Assembly: GCA_963663235.2 (NCBI GenBank)
Contig: CAXXNO010000011.1
Location: forward strand, 1 to 64,000
DNA: 64,000 nt
DNA from: Dehalococcoidia bacterium
GTDB taxonomy: Bacteria; Chloroflexota; Dehalococcoidia; Bin125
Reading direction: 5' to 3'
Shown here: positions 9,778-20,209 of the stretch, in pieces
Layout: every line of letters starts with the position of its first letter
How positions within the stretch are numbered: the stretch's first letter is position 1
Program-made: the position numbers and the translations under genes
The notes under the pieces: generated by a model
The model's input: the letters and a program-made list of their open reading frames with translations, nothing else
The model's database searches: none
Told to the model about the DNA's origin: nothing

Positions 9778-11457
9778 ATGGGGTTCTCCATCGGCCAATT
9801 GCGCTGGGGATCCGTCATCGTCGTGGTGCTCGCGGCGGTCGTGGCGGTGATGGTGTGGGGTGGGGAGCCAGTCCGGGGGGGCGGGGAGGACGGGTTCGTG
9901 GGGGGAGAATTCTTCGACGCGACACTGAGCGGCGACCAGGAGGACCCCCCCGTCGAAACGGACGCGAGCGGGACGTTTAGCGGGTCGCTGGAAGGCGACA
10001 CGATCCCCTACGAGTTCGTGGCCACGAACCTCGTCGGCGTGACGGGGGTGCACCTCCACGTCGATCCGGACGATGGCCTGGGGCCGGCCGTGGCGTTTCC
10101 CTTCAGCGCTAACGGGGAAGGGGAGGACGGCTCGCTGGCCGCCGGCACACTGACCGCGGCTGATCTCATCGGCCCGCTGGAAGGCCAAACCATCGCCGAC
10201 CTGGTTGCGGTGATCGAAGCGGGCAACGCCTACGTGAACATCCACACCAAAGCCAACCCGGGGGGTGAGATTCGCGGCCCGATCTTCGCGGCGGTGCCGG
10301 TGATCGGCCCTGGGCCGGAACTTCTCGGCACGCTGTCCTTGAACGCGGGCGGGCAGTTCGTGTTCTAGCAGTTCGGGCCGCACACCGCGGATCACATATT
10401 TGCGGACGTGAAGATCGCTTGGCTGTTCAACACGACCGCTGTGAGCTGGACCTCGTTCATTCCCCTGCTGGGCGTGACCAACTTCGCGCTGGTCAACGGC
10501 GCCGTCCTCTGGGTCGTCTCCAACACGGCGCAGGAGATTCAGGTCTTCGGTCCTGGTGAGGAGGATGGGGTTCCCGAGGAGGAGGAGGATCCGCTTCCCG
10601 TGGAGGAGGAGGATCCGCTTCCCGAGGAGGAGGAGGATCCGCTTCCCGAGGAGGAGGAGGATCCGCTTCCCGTGGCCGGAATCGACTGCGAGACGCAGAT
10701 TGGCGAGGGCGTGCCGGAGTTCTTCAGCCGGTACTTCCGCTGCGTGCAAATCGAACTCGATGGAGACAGCGTCCGCATCACGAGCGACAACCTCCCTCCG
10801 CATCCCTCCTTTTACTACGGGGAGGGCCACCCCCTGTTCGAGGCGTTCGACACCTCGCGCGGCGCCGAATATCGCGCCAACCCGAACGTGATCGGCGGGA
10901 CGGGGTTCGTCCTTCGCATCCCCGTGGCGCCGGTGGAGGCGGGCATCACCGTCGACGCTACCACCGTCAACGCAGCGACCGGCGACGCCACGGACTATCC
11001 CTTTGGCACGGCCGGGGCCGCCTTGAATGGGGTGGCCTTGTTCAACCCGCTGGCCCGTCCCGGCGACGACATTGAGGACGAGAAGTTCTCCTTCGACAGC
11101 TATGAGGGGCACCCCCAGCAAACCGGTAACTATCATTACCACGCGGTTTCACCCGGCCCCCTGGAGGTACTGCAATCGCTCGGCTTCACGACCTCTACCG
11201 TTCCTGGGGCGGCCGATATCGAGCTCTACGGCATCATGTGCGACGGCACCGTGGTGATGGGCCAGGTCGAGCTTGATGGAGCGGCCGTCGCCGCCGGTCT
11301 CGATCTCCAGGGCGGCCATAGGCACGATCTCGTCGATGATGATGGCGTCGTCTTGCTGACGAACCGGTACCATGTGCACATCGCGGCTGAGATCGGCATC
11401 GAGCCCCGCGGCCTGACACCGGAGGCCCAGTTTTATCAGGCCTGCGTGGTCTCCTAG
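9778..11457 (+). pseudogene. Secreted CHRD + shared domain + YHYH-domain protein interrupted by one in-frame TAG (10366-10368)
   Basis: ORFs 9778..10368 and 10408..11457 are in the same frame; CHRD motif (AYVNIHTKANPGGEIRG), YHYH motif (GNYHYH); the TAG aligns with a Trp in paralog 50051..50938. Confidence 0.8.
10576..10671 (+). repeat. 24-bp coding tandem repeat x4 encoding (E/V)EEEDPLP acidic linker
   Basis: GAGGAGGAGGAGGATCCGCTTCCC units visible. Confidence 0.9.
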
Positions 11458-11898
11458 CATCGCCCGGGTTCTGAGTCGTCCAAGGGGCGCGCTAGTACGC
11501 CGGGCGGTCGCGTTTGCGGTACGTGCCGGAGGGGACGCCGGCGCCGAAGGGCGCTCGTCGATGGTCCCCGCCGCGCCGACCACGATGTCCGTCATCGATA
11601 GCGCTGAACGGGTGTTCGTTCTCGGCGATTTGGCCTATGAGGACCAAAACGCGGGCTTCAACCTCGGTGTGAGTCCACCCAGCGGCGTCTGGGTCTTGCA
11701 GGAGGGCGAGTGGCGCGTCGCCAACTGCTCGGCAGCGCGGCTCTCCGCCTAGACCTGCGCGGAGGTCGATGCGTGGCCGGTGGGCGTGATGGAGCGTCGG
11801 CGTGCCCCGGAGGTCGCGTAGACTCAGCGCCGGGACACGACCGCAGGATCACGCCGCGATAGGCTTGAGGGCGCATCAGCCCAGGAGGAAGGACGCAG

Positions 11899-12369
11899 AT
11901 GGCTCCCCAGCAGATTGCACCCCCCTTCGATGTGGCGTCCGCGACCAAGAAGGTCCGGATGGCCGAGGACGCCTGGAACAGCCGGGATCCAGATCGGGTT
12001 GCGCTTGCGTACACGCCCGACAGCCGCTGGCGAAACCGGGCCGAATTCCTTCAGGGCCGTGACGCGATCCGCGAATTTCTGCGGCGCAAGTGGGCGAAGG
12101 AGCTCGACTACCGACTCATCAAGGAGCTGTGGAGCTTCACCGAGGAGCGCATCTCGGTGCGATTCCAGTACGAGTGGCATGACGACTCGGGGAGCTGGTT
12201 TCGGGCGCACGGCAACGAGCAGTGGGAGTTCGACGCCTCGGGGCTGATGCGGCGTCGCGAGGCCAGCATCAATGACGTTCCCATCGCCGAGCCGGACCGT
12301 CGCTTTGACTGGCCCGCTCCTGGTGCGCGACCCGCCGATCACCCCGGACTCTCAGAGCTCGGCCTCTGA
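11899..12369 (+). CDS. DUF1348 / NTF2-like (SnoaL-like) protein
   Basis: PPF...[14 protein letters not shown]...[11 protein letters not shown]...GNEQWEFD. Confidence 0.9.
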   Translation: MAPQQIAPPFDVASATKKVRMAEDAWNSRDPDRVALAYTPDSRWRNRAEFLQGRDAIREFLRRKWAKELDYRLIKELWSFTEERISVRFQYEWHDDSGSWFRAHGNEQWEFDASGLMRRREASINDVPIAEPDRRFDWPAPGARPADHPGLSELGL

Positions 12370-12495
12370 ACGCCGTACGGCGCGGACGACGCCGGCGCAG
12401 CTCCCCGCATCGCCGATGGCGCCGGTTGCGGCCGCGCCGGTCGCCCTCAGCGCGCGGATCGTGTGAGACCTCCGGGCCGCGTGTGCGGAGGCCGC

Positions 12496-13071
12496 CTAGC
12501 GGGGCTCGGTCCAGCTCTCCGAGAACGCGAGCGCGCAGGTGCTGAACGGTCTCCCGTCCCGCTCCGCGGGCCACGCCTGACCGGCTGCCTGCACATCGTT
12601 CACGGTGAGGCGGGTTCCGAGCGCGGGGACGAGGACGGTGCAGACGCCGTACGGCCGCTCGCCCGGCTGCATGTGCAGCAGAAGCGGATCGCCGAGGTCA
12701 TGCCAAGTCATCGTCACTTCTTCCTCGTTCGAGGCGATGGTCTCCGTCCAGTACGAGCGCATGTCGCCGGAACTGCCGAAGGCCGCGTCGACGATGGGGA
12801 TGGCGGTGTCCGCCGTCTCCTTGTTCAAGTTGCCCTGCACGGTCGTCTGAAGCCATCGCGCCATGGCGATGTTGTCGGAGTAGATGCGCCAGCGATCGTC
12901 CGTGAGCTCGCTCTTCAGGTACAGGACGTGCCCCGGACCGCCGGGCGAGAAGATGATGCGCCAGAAGCTTGCGTTGGTCGTCTCGAGGCCGCCGTCGGTC
13001 TCGCTCAGGCGGATGAAGGGATTTTCTCCGGTCAGGATCACGCGGTTGGGGTCGTTGTTTGGGGTGGGCAT
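12496..13071 (-). CDS. Conserved hypothetical protein
   Basis: Protein-like composition, upstream GAGG, co-oriented with neighbours. Confidence 0.7.
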   Translation of the reverse strand: MPTPNNDPNRVILTGENPFIRLSETDGGLETTNASFWRIIFSPGGPGHVLYLKSELTDDRWRIYSDNIAMARWLQTTVQGNLNKETADTAIPIVDAAFGSSGDMRSYWTETIASNEEEVTMTWHDLGDPLLLHMQPGERPYGVCTVLVPALGTRLTVNDVQAAGQAWPAERDGRPFSTCALAFSESWTEPR

Positions 13072-13179
13072 GACATCCTCGGTGTGCTTGGAGCCGGTAG
13101 CGCAGCCGGATGCCGGCGGCGGGCTTCCATTCTAGCCGCCCGGCGCACCGAGCAGGAGCGAGGGGAGAGGGGTGCGGGA

Positions 13180-13548
13180 CTAGGCCGGCCCCGTCGCGTC
13201 GTCGACCACGAGCAGCCAGGTCCCGTCGGCCTGCTTGCGCAGCACCTCCGCCCCGCGGCCCGTCAGGTTCAGCGGCTTGCCGTCGTCGTCCTTGGTCCGC
13301 AGCTCCCAGGCGGAATGCGTCAGCGCGATGCCGTTCGCTTCCAGCACCCGCGTGGTGTTCACCGTGACCGAGGCCCCGCGCTGGAACTGGTCCCGCAGCC
13401 GCGCGCTGAATGTCTCCCCCTGGCGCTGGACGTCCCCTGCCGCCTGGATCCCGCCCTCCTCGAACAGCGCCAGGATGCCGTCGGCGTCACCGGCGTTGAA
13501 CGCCGCCTCGTACAGCTTGTGGTGCTCGTGGGCTTCGTTGATCGGCAT
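13180..13548 (-). CDS. YybH/DUF4440 NTF2-like protein
   Basis: AFNAGDADGILALFE...EVLRKQADGTWLLVVD; RBS AGGAG before MPINEA. Confidence 0.85.
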   Translation of the reverse strand: MPINEAHEHHKLYEAAFNAGDADGILALFEEGGIQAAGDVQRQGETFSARLRDQFQRGASVTVNTTRVLEANGIALTHSAWELRTKDDDGKPLNLTGRGAEVLRKQADGTWLLVVDDATGPA

Positions 13549-13716
13549 GTGTGGACTCCTCTTCGGTTCTCGGCGGAGATCGCTCAGGCGCGGGATCACG
13601 TCGTTCGCGTGCTTTGCCCTGGACGTTGTACCACTTCCGAGGACGGGATCCCCGCCGGTGGACTTGCCCTCAACGTTGATCCAGGGACGATGCGACTTCT
13701 GGGGCTGATCGGCGCT

Positions 13717-15471
13717 CTAGGCGCCCGAGTCGATGATCGGCAAGAGAACGTAGGCGGCCCGGTCTCCTCCCGCGTGCACCGTCACGCGGCTGCCGGAGGT
13801 CAGGGGAGAGCGATCGACGGGGTCGTCGTGGCTGAACGGCCCGACGCCGCTCATCACAAACCATCCGACGTTGATCTCCTCGCCGCCGTAGTGGTAGTCC
13901 GTGCCCTGGACGGTGAGAGCGATTCGATAGCCGGCCGGGACGACGATCGACGTCGGCCAGATCTCCACGTCGAGCTCGTAGCGTTGGCCGGGTGTCAGCG
14001 GCTGGCGCTCGTCGTGGGTGTGGACCGGCCGATACGCGGTCGAGAGCTTGGCATCCAGCTTGCGGTGGGAGGCGCGAAGCCAGCCCTGGCCGAGCGGGCT
14101 GTGGGGGTCGAGTGCGCCCTGGAACAGCACCTCCGCCCCATCCGGTGCGAAGAGATGCAGCACGAGGAACACGTCGACGTCGTCGCGCGAGGAGGAGAGC
14201 CACAGCTTCGACGCGGCCGGCCCGGTGATCTCGGTGTCGCGTTCGAGCGGCGCGGTGGTGAACGTGACGCCTTCCCCCAAGGCCTCAAAGATGGCGCTGC
14301 CCTCCGCAATCACCGGATCCCAGGTCAGGCTTCGGCCCGCGGGGTCCAGGTAGAGCTTGGTCCACTGCGTGCGCGCGATGGGCCACTCGTGCTCGTGCCG
14401 GAGCGTGAACGAGCCGTCGACGTGCCGGATGTTCAGGAGCACGGGTGGTTCCTTGTCCCAGCCGTTGTCCTCTCCCTTGAGGAAGTGGTCAAAGAAGCGC
14501 TTCTGGATGTCGCGGCCGTAATCGGTGTAGAAGTGGGTCCAGTGCTCCAGGCCGTGGATCTCGAGCCACTTCTGTTCCGACGCGGAGCGAACGAAGCCCT
14601 CCGTATTGCCTCTCAAGTGAAGCCCGTGCCCTCCCCAGTTCCCTGACGAGAGCAGGGGGACGTCGATCTTCGAGAAATCGGGGATGCGCTCCTTGAAGTA
14701 GTCGTCGATCAGCGTGTGCGACCGGATCTCCTCGCCGAAGTCGACGCGGTTGCGCTCCAACTCCTCGTCCGAGAGGTTCTCCTCGCCCGAGACGGCGAGG
14801 CCGGTGGCGACGTGCCTGCGCCCGCGCTCGCCCAGCCCGTACTGAACGTTCGTCACCTGGTTGTCGTACCAGGTGCCCCACCACGGCGTGAGGATCCCTC
14901 CATGGTGCGTCGCGTCCCGGTACCAGTCGGCGGCCCCCTCCCAGGGACACATCGCCGCGAGGTGAGGGGGCTGAAGCGCGGCGACGGCCCACTGGTTCAT
15001 CGCGTAGTACGAGATGCCCGTCAGGCCGACCTTGCCGTTGCTCCAGTCCTGGACCCCGGCCCACTCGATGCAGTTGTAGAAGTCCTGCGTTTCGCGCGGC
15101 GCGAAGGGCTGGGTGTAGCCCGGTGTCCGGCCCGCGCCGCGTGAGTCGACGCGTATGCACACGTAGCCCTGGGGCACCCATTTCTCGGGGTCGACGACCT
15201 CCCACGACTGGTACGTGTTCGTGGAACCGGCCGGTACGTCAGGGTGCTCCTCGCACATGATGCGCCACTGGTCGGGGTAGGCCTCCTGAAACGAGAGGAA
15301 CTTGGCGTACGGCCCGTAGCTCAGGAGAACCGCGAACTGGCCCTCCTCGACCGGCCGGTAGACATCGGCGCGCAGCACGAGCCCGTCGTCCATGGTGATG
15401 GGGAGATCCCAGTCGATCCGCATCCCGTTGCGGATCTCGGTCTTCAGAGGAGCCTGTGCGTCGGCCAACAT
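13717..15471 (-). CDS. CocE/NonD family hydrolase
   Basis: MDDGLVLRADVYRP, GISYYAM nucleophile motif, PepX_C-like C-terminus; start MLADAQ. Confidence 0.92.
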   Translation of the reverse strand: MLADAQAPLKTEIRNGMRIDWDLPITMDDGLVLRADVYRPVEEGQFAVLLSYGPYAKFLSFQEAYPDQWRIMCEEHPDVPAGSTNTYQSWEVVDPEKWVPQGYVCIRVDSRGAGRTPGYTQPFAPRETQDFYNCIEWAGVQDWSNGKVGLTGISYYAMNQWAVAALQPPHLAAMCPWEGAADWYRDATHHGGILTPWWGTWYDNQVTNVQYGLGERGRRHVATGLAVSGEENLSDEELERNRVDFGEEIRSHTLIDDYFKERIPDFSKIDVPLLSSGNWGGHGLHLRGNTEGFVRSASEQKWLEIHGLEHWTHFYTDYGRDIQKRFFDHFLKGEDNGWDKEPPVLLNIRHVDGSFTLRHEHEWPIARTQWTKLYLDPAGRSLTWDPVIAEGSAIFEALGEGVTFTTAPLERDTEITGPAASKLWLSSSRDDVDVFLVLHLFAPDGAEVLFQGALDPHSPLGQGWLRASHRKLDAKLSTAYRPVHTHDERQPLTPGQRYELDVEIWPTSIVVPAGYRIALTVQGTDYHYGGEEINVGWFVMSGVGPFSHDDPVDRSPLTSGSRVTVHAGGDRAAYVLLPIIDSGA

Positions 15472-15578
15472 GTCCCTCCGTGGTCCTCGATCGGTGTGAT
15501 TGAGCGGTCGCGCAGGGCTTGCCCGGGGCGAGCGACGCATCGATCGTGCCTGTGAGGGTCGCGCATCTTCAACGTGGC

Positions 15579-16910
15579 CTACTCGGGAACATACGCAACG
15601 CCGTCGATGATCATGGAGCCGCCGGGAACCGGAAGCGGGCCGGGCACCGCCGTTACCACAACCGAAGGAGGATTCGACGGCACCGCCTCCCGAAGAGCTG
15701 CGTAGACGGCGTACGAGTCCTGCACGTCCGTGACGAAGGCCCGCAGCCGGACGAGGTTTGAGAGATCCGTCCCGCCGGCGTGGCAGATCTCGTCGAGCCG
15801 ACCGAAGATGTAGTCGAGTTGGCTGCGGGCATCCGGAGCGGAGCGCGCGCCGCTGCGATCTCCAGCCACCACCTGGGAGATCCAGAGGAGCGGGCCAGCC
15901 TTGATCGCCTCCGGCTCACGCGCAAAGGGCTCGACGCCCGTGCTGATCACCTCTTTCGTCGCGCCGAAGCCCGGCCGGAGCGTCTGGGTCAGGTGCTCCA
16001 TTCTCACGGCGTTGTCAGCGTGGCCGAGGTTCGGTGCGTCGCGCCGAGGCACGCCGAGTCCGCGGACCGGGACGACCGTTCGTGCCGGCGGGTTCTCGCC
16101 GAAACGGATCTTCCAGACCCGGTCGAGCTCGAAGTAGTCGCCGATGTCGGTCAGGTAGACGGTGGTGTGCACGACGTCGTCGAGCGTCGCTCCGGCGCGG
16201 CCGACATAGTCATCGAGGCGCGTCAGCAGGAAATCCGCCTCGTTGCGGATCTCGCTGCCCCACCAGGTCCCGTCGTCTACCTTGACCTCTGCTTTGATCT
16301 GGGTTGTTGCCCAGTCGTTGGCGACGTCCCCCACGGTGAAGACGTACGGGCCGGCCGTTACGACCTCGTTGAAGGGACCCTCGTCCGCGAATGACTCGCC
16401 GTACTTCGGCTGAGTCAAGCTGTCGTGGAAGCCCGCGGTGGAGCGCTGGATCTCTTTGCGATGCGTGTCGCTCGGCATTACGGCGATTCCGGTCGGGTTG
16501 ATCACGCAGCCCTCCGGCGCGAACGCTCCCGTGGGAAGAAGCGCGCTCGTCGGTCGGCCCCGCTCCATGAAGCCGGGTCCCCGGCTGACCTCGAGATACG
16601 AATCCGCGTACACCTTGCGCGGGATGTACTGCTCGACCTGGAGCACCTCGTCGATCGACGAGCCGAGCCTCTCCAGCCCTTCGGCGTAGCGGTCGAAGAT
16701 GTAGCGCGTCTGTGCCGCGCAGTGGGCCGGCGGGGAGAGGTGGTAGGGCGCCTCAGGCTGCGCCTCCTTGGGAATGCGGCCCGAGCCGTCCACGGCCACG
16801 CTGCCCATGAAGATGTAAGGCCCGGCGGTCGCAATCCTCGAATAGTAGAGGCCCGCACCGTCGACGATGTCGCTGACCACTCGCCCGACGCCGGATTCAC
16901 CTGTGGTCAT
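15579..16910 (-). CDS. Multi-domain RidA/YjgF-like protein (three tandem RidA-like repeats)
   Basis: Three AGP-(Y/L) repeats each followed by G-x-x-(I/L)-x-x-(V/L)-(L/V) segments; start MTTGES. Confidence 0.75.
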   Translation of the reverse strand: MTTGESGVGRVVSDIVDGAGLYYSRIATAGPYIFMGSVAVDGSGRIPKEAQPEAPYHLSPPAHCAAQTRYIFDRYAEGLERLGSSIDEVLQVEQYIPRKVYADSYLEVSRGPGFMERGRPTSALLPTGAFAPEGCVINPTGIAVMPSDTHRKEIQRSTAGFHDSLTQPKYGESFADEGPFNEVVTAGPYVFTVGDVANDWATTQIKAEVKVDDGTWWGSEIRNEADFLLTRLDDYVGRAGATLDDVVHTTVYLTDIGDYFELDRVWKIRFGENPPARTVVPVRGLGVPRRDAPNLGHADNAVRMEHLTQTLRPGFGATKEVISTGVEPFAREPEAIKAGPLLWISQVVAGDRSGARSAPDARSQLDYIFGRLDEICHAGGTDLSNLVRLRAFVTDVQDSYAVYAALREAVPSNPPSVVVTAVPGPLPVPGGSMIIDGVAYVPE

Positions 16911-17019
16911 CTTTTCCTCGCCTCTCGTTGGTTTTGGGTTGAGCGGCCGGTTCGGAGCCGCATCAACCCGCGGAAGCGCTCGATCCGCCGTGCCGCGACG
17001 ATGAGCGCGGGGCACGACC

Positions 17020-17153
17020 CGACTTGCCCCTGATCTCGATCCAGGGGCGATGGGACTTCCGGGGCTTCCAGAGCTTGTTCGATGAGCTCCTGGGGCGTCA
17101 AGTTCCCGAGCGCGGTGTGGGGACGGTCCTCGTTGTCCTCCCTTCGCCAGCCC
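17020..17153 (-). mobile_element. IS3-family 3' remnant with right end
   Basis: Translates WRREDNEDRPHTALGNLTP; terminal GGGGCAAGTC resembles the IS3 end at 29035-29046. Confidence 0.75.
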
Positions 17154-17340
17154 TGTGGGGCTCAAAACCCCATCCGCATCATGCGACGTGCCACTGGGAC
17201 GCGTGATCCAGGCCGCCGAGGATGGACCGCGCGTCGAGGTGGCGTCAGCCCCTTACGGGAGGGCAATCCGTCGGAGTAGGCAGAGACCGCCCTTGGCGTC
17301 TCGACTCGCCGTTGTAGGGTCCTCCCGCCGGGTTTACCGT
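17154..17340 (-). mobile_element. IS481-like (rve integrase) 3' remnant
   Basis: Begins TGTGGGGCTCAAAACC like the TIR at 41524; translates ILGGLDHASQWHVA* versus ILGGLHHEYFWDAA*. Confidence 0.65.
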
Positions 17341-17417
17341 TAAGTCCGCACTGGGCCAGGTGGCCGAGGATTCGATGATCTCCATGTTCCCGCCGCGAGC
17401 GGGGAGGGAGTTGCAAC

Positions 17418-19226
17418 ATGAAACGAATTTCCATCGCACTCGTCGCGTTGGCGGCCATCGTGACCGGCTCTGCCCTGGGCCAGCCCGGCGACGCCCAAGC
17501 GCAGGCCGACCCTGCCCCAAGGCCCGATGTGTTTGTCGACGTTCTGATCGCCTTCGACCGCACGCCGGGCCCCGCAGAACAAGCGTTCGTCCGGGGGGCA
17601 GGCGGCCAGATCAAGCACACGTTCCACCTGGTGCCGGCGATCGCCGCCTCCGTTCCGCAGGGAGCGATCCAGGGCCTGCTCAATAACCCGCGCGTGGCGG
17701 CCGTCGATCCGGACGGCCGGGTCCACGCCATCGATCACGACATCACCACCAGCGACGCGGAACTCGAGGCCGTATGGGGCGTCGAGCACATCGGGCCTGG
17801 CGCCGTCCACGCCGGCGGCAACAACGGTCTTGGCGTCAGGGTCGCCATCATCGACTCGGGCATCGGTTACACGCACGCGGACCTGGACGCGAACTACGCC
17901 GGCGGCTATGACTTCGTGAACGACGATGCCGATCCCATGGACGACAACGGCCACGGCACCCACGTCGCCGGCACCGTGGCGGCCGAGGATGACGACGCTG
18001 GTGTGGTCGGCGTCGCGCCGGACGCGTCGCTCTACGGCCTCAAGGTGCTCAACGCCAGCGGCAGCGGCTCCTGGAGCGACATCATCGCCGCGCTCCAGTG
18101 GGCCGTCGACAACGGCGTCCAAGTCACGAACAACAGCTACGGCAGCGGCACGAATCCCGGCGGAACCGTGCAAGCGGCTTTCGACAACTCGGCCGCCGCT
18201 GGGATCCTGCACGTCGCGGCAGCCGGCAACACCGGCAATCCCAAGGGCAAGGGCAACAGCGTGGGCTGGCCGGCGCGTTACGACTCTGTCATTGCCGTGG
18301 CCGCTACGGACAGCAGCGACAATCGAGCAAGGTTCTCCAGCACCGGCGACCAGGTCGAGCTGGCGGCGCCGGGCGTCGCCGTCAACTCCGCGAAACTCGG
18401 CGGCGGCTACATCGAGTTCAACGGCACCTCAATGGCCTCGCCCCACGTGGCCGGGACGGCGGCGCTGCTCATCGCTGCCGGCATCACGGATTCCAACGGC
18501 GACGGCAACATCAATGACGAAATCCGCATCCGTCTGCAAGAGACCGCCGACGATCTGGGCGACCCCGGGCGCGACTCCCTGTACGGCTTCGGCCTCGTGC
18601 ACGCGGACGAGGCGGCCGACATTGGACCGCCCAACGACGCCCCTGCCGTCTCCATCACCAGCCCGGCCGACGGCTCCACCTTCGACTCCGGCGCCTCGAT
18701 CCTCTTTGAGGGGACGGTCAGCGACACCGAGGACGGCGACCTGACCGCAAGTCTGGCATGGACCTCGGACCTTATCGGTCCGATCGGCGCCGGCGGCAGC
18801 TTCTCCACGACGCTCAGCGATGGAACGCACACCATCACCGCCTCGGTGACGGACTCCGGTGGCAAGACCGGCAGCGCCTCGATCTCCCTCACCGTGGGGA
18901 ATCCCCCAGCGGAGGCGACGAGCGTTAGCGTCGACTCCATCACCTACGCCACCGATGGCGGCAAGAACCAGGACAAGCACCTCGGCCTCACCGTGACTCT
19001 CGTCGATGACCTCGGCAACCTCGTCGCCAATGCCTCCGTCTCCGTTGACCTCTCCCGTGACGGTTCGTCCGTCGCCAGCGGGACCGGCACGACCGACGCC
19101 GACGGCACCGTGACCTTCACTCTCAATAGCGCTGCCTCCGGCTGCTACCACACTGATGTGACGGACGTGCAGGCGGGCGGCCTCCTGTTTGACGGTTCCG
19201 AGCCTGCAAACGAGTTTTGCAAATAG
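17418..19226 (+). CDS. Secreted S8 subtilisin-like serine protease with C-terminal Ig-like domains
   Basis: Signal peptide; IIDSGI, HGTHVAG, GTSMASPHVAG catalytic triad motifs. Confidence 0.96.
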   Translation: MKRISIALVALAAIVTGSALGQPGDAQAQADPAPRPDVFVDVLIAFDRTPGPAEQAFVRGAGGQIKHTFHLVPAIAASVPQGAIQGLLNNPRVAAVDPDGRVHAIDHDITTSDAELEAVWGVEHIGPGAVHAGGNNGLGVRVAIIDSGIGYTHADLDANYAGGYDFVNDDADPMDDNGHGTHVAGTVAAEDDDAGVVGVAPDASLYGLKVLNASGSGSWSDIIAALQWAVDNGVQVTNNSYGSGTNPGGTVQAAFDNSAAAGILHVAAAGNTGNPKGKGNSVGWPARYDSVIAVAATDSSDNRARFSSTGDQVELAAPGVAVNSAKLGGGYIEFNGTSMASPHVAGTAALLIAAGITDSNGDGNINDEIRIRLQETADDLGDPGRDSLYGFGLVHADEAADIGPPNDAPAVSITSPADGSTFDSGASILFEGTVSDTEDGDLTASLAWTSDLIGPIGAGGSFSTTLSDGTHTITASVTDSGGKTGSASISLTVGNPPAEATSVSVDSITYATDGGKNQDKHLGLTVTLVDDLGNLVANASVSVDLSRDGSSVASGTGTTDADGTVTFTLNSAASGCYHTDVTDVQAGGLLFDGSEPANEFCK

Positions 19227-19257
19227 CGGGTAGTCCGCAGTCTTCGCAGGCATTAAT

Positions 19258-19292
19258 GCAACTCCCCGGCGTGCGCCGGGGAGTTGCTCTTT
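19258..19292 (+). terminator. Rho-independent terminator after the subtilisin gene
   Basis: 13-bp perfect stem GCAACTCCCCGGC / GCCGGGGAGTTGC followed by TCTTT. Confidence 0.75.
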
Positions 19293-19378
19293 CCGACCGT
19301 CGCGCTCCGACATTCGATCACGCCGAAAACAGAACGGATGTCGCTTGGGACCCCGGCAGGGGTCCCTGCCGAAGCCGC

Positions 19379-20209
19379 CTAGCGCAGGACTTTCTTAGAG
19401 GCCCGGTGGAGGAAGTCGATCACCGCCGGGATCGTCTGCTCCGGACACTCGAGGAGGTCAGCGTGGCCGATCTCCTCGTAGACCTTGGTCTCGCAGTCCG
19501 GGATGTGCTCGGCCACCCACTTCGCACCCGCGCCCGATGGGGCTGTCTCCATCGGCGTGAGCATGTCCTTGGCCGCGGTAATGATGAGCGTTGGGTTCTT
19601 GATGCGGCTGCAATCTTCCCGGATGTCCATCTTCTCCATAGCCAAGCAGGCCTGGACGACCGTTTCCACGGAGTTTGTCCCGACGACCTCTCGCACCATC
19701 TCGATCGCCGCCGCGCCGTTGGGTCCCTCAAGGTAGTCGGCCCCCACCGCTTGCGTGAGGACGTGGTCCGCAAACTCCGGACTGCACCCCCAGGTCTGCG
19801 CCATGTGTCGCCAGGTGCGGAACATGATCGTTCGCATCAGGTCGCACTTGGCAAAGGCGCAGTCGCTGACGACGCCGATGCACTTCTGTGGGTACTTGGC
19901 GGCGAACTTGAGCGCAATCATCCCTCCGGCCGAAGTCCCCATGATGTGAGCGCGGTCAATGTCCAGCGCCTCAAGCAAGGCGGCGAGGTCGTCCGCCCAC
20001 AGGTCAAGCGAATAGGACTGCAGCGGACGGTCGCTCAGGCCGTAGCCACGCTGGTCGTAGCTGATCAGCTGGAACTGCTCGGCGAGGCCCTCCCAGACCA
20101 TGCCAAAGTTCTGCCGGCCGAACAGCGATCCGCCGACCAGTGCCAGCGGCTCGCCATTCCCCATGAACTCGTAGTAGATATTGATTCCGTTCGCCGCCAC
20201 TTTCGGCAT
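19379..20209 (-). CDS. Alpha/beta hydrolase
   Basis: YDQRGYGLS, GTSAGG nucleophile elbow, GH near the C-terminus. Confidence 0.92.
   Translation of the reverse strand: MPKVAANGINIYYEFMGNGEPLALVGGSLFGRQNFGMVWEGLAEQFQLISYDQRGYGLSDRPLQSYSLDLWADDLAALLEALDIDRAHIMGTSAGGMIALKFAAKYPQKCIGVVSDCAFAKCDLMRTIMFRTWRHMAQTWGCSPEFADHVLTQAVGADYLEGPNGAAAIEMVREVVGTNSVETVVQACLAMEKMDIREDCSRIKNPTLIITAAKDMLTPMETAPSGAGAKWVAEHIPDCETKVYEEIGHADLLECPEQTIPAVIDFLHRASKKVLR

Noticed and set aside
10366-10368. TAG recoding (pyrrolysine or stop reassignment)
   Set aside because: Many genes here end at TAG at their expected C-termini (e.g. npdG, cofE, ppc), no pyl genes are seen, and the paralog has Trp at this site.
10576-10671. 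CRISPR-like array
   Set aside because: Repeats are contiguous with no spacers and encode an in-frame acidic linker; no cas genes in the window.
11561-11752. Small ORF ending WVLQEGEWRVANC
   Set aside because: Looks like the C-terminal remnant of a larger gene; no identifiable family.
246-14646. Long antisense or alternate-frame ORFs (e.g. 246..1955, 2780..4252, 9409..11142, 12463..14646)
   Set aside because: Shadow ORFs caused by high GC at third codon positions opposite real genes; no motifs.
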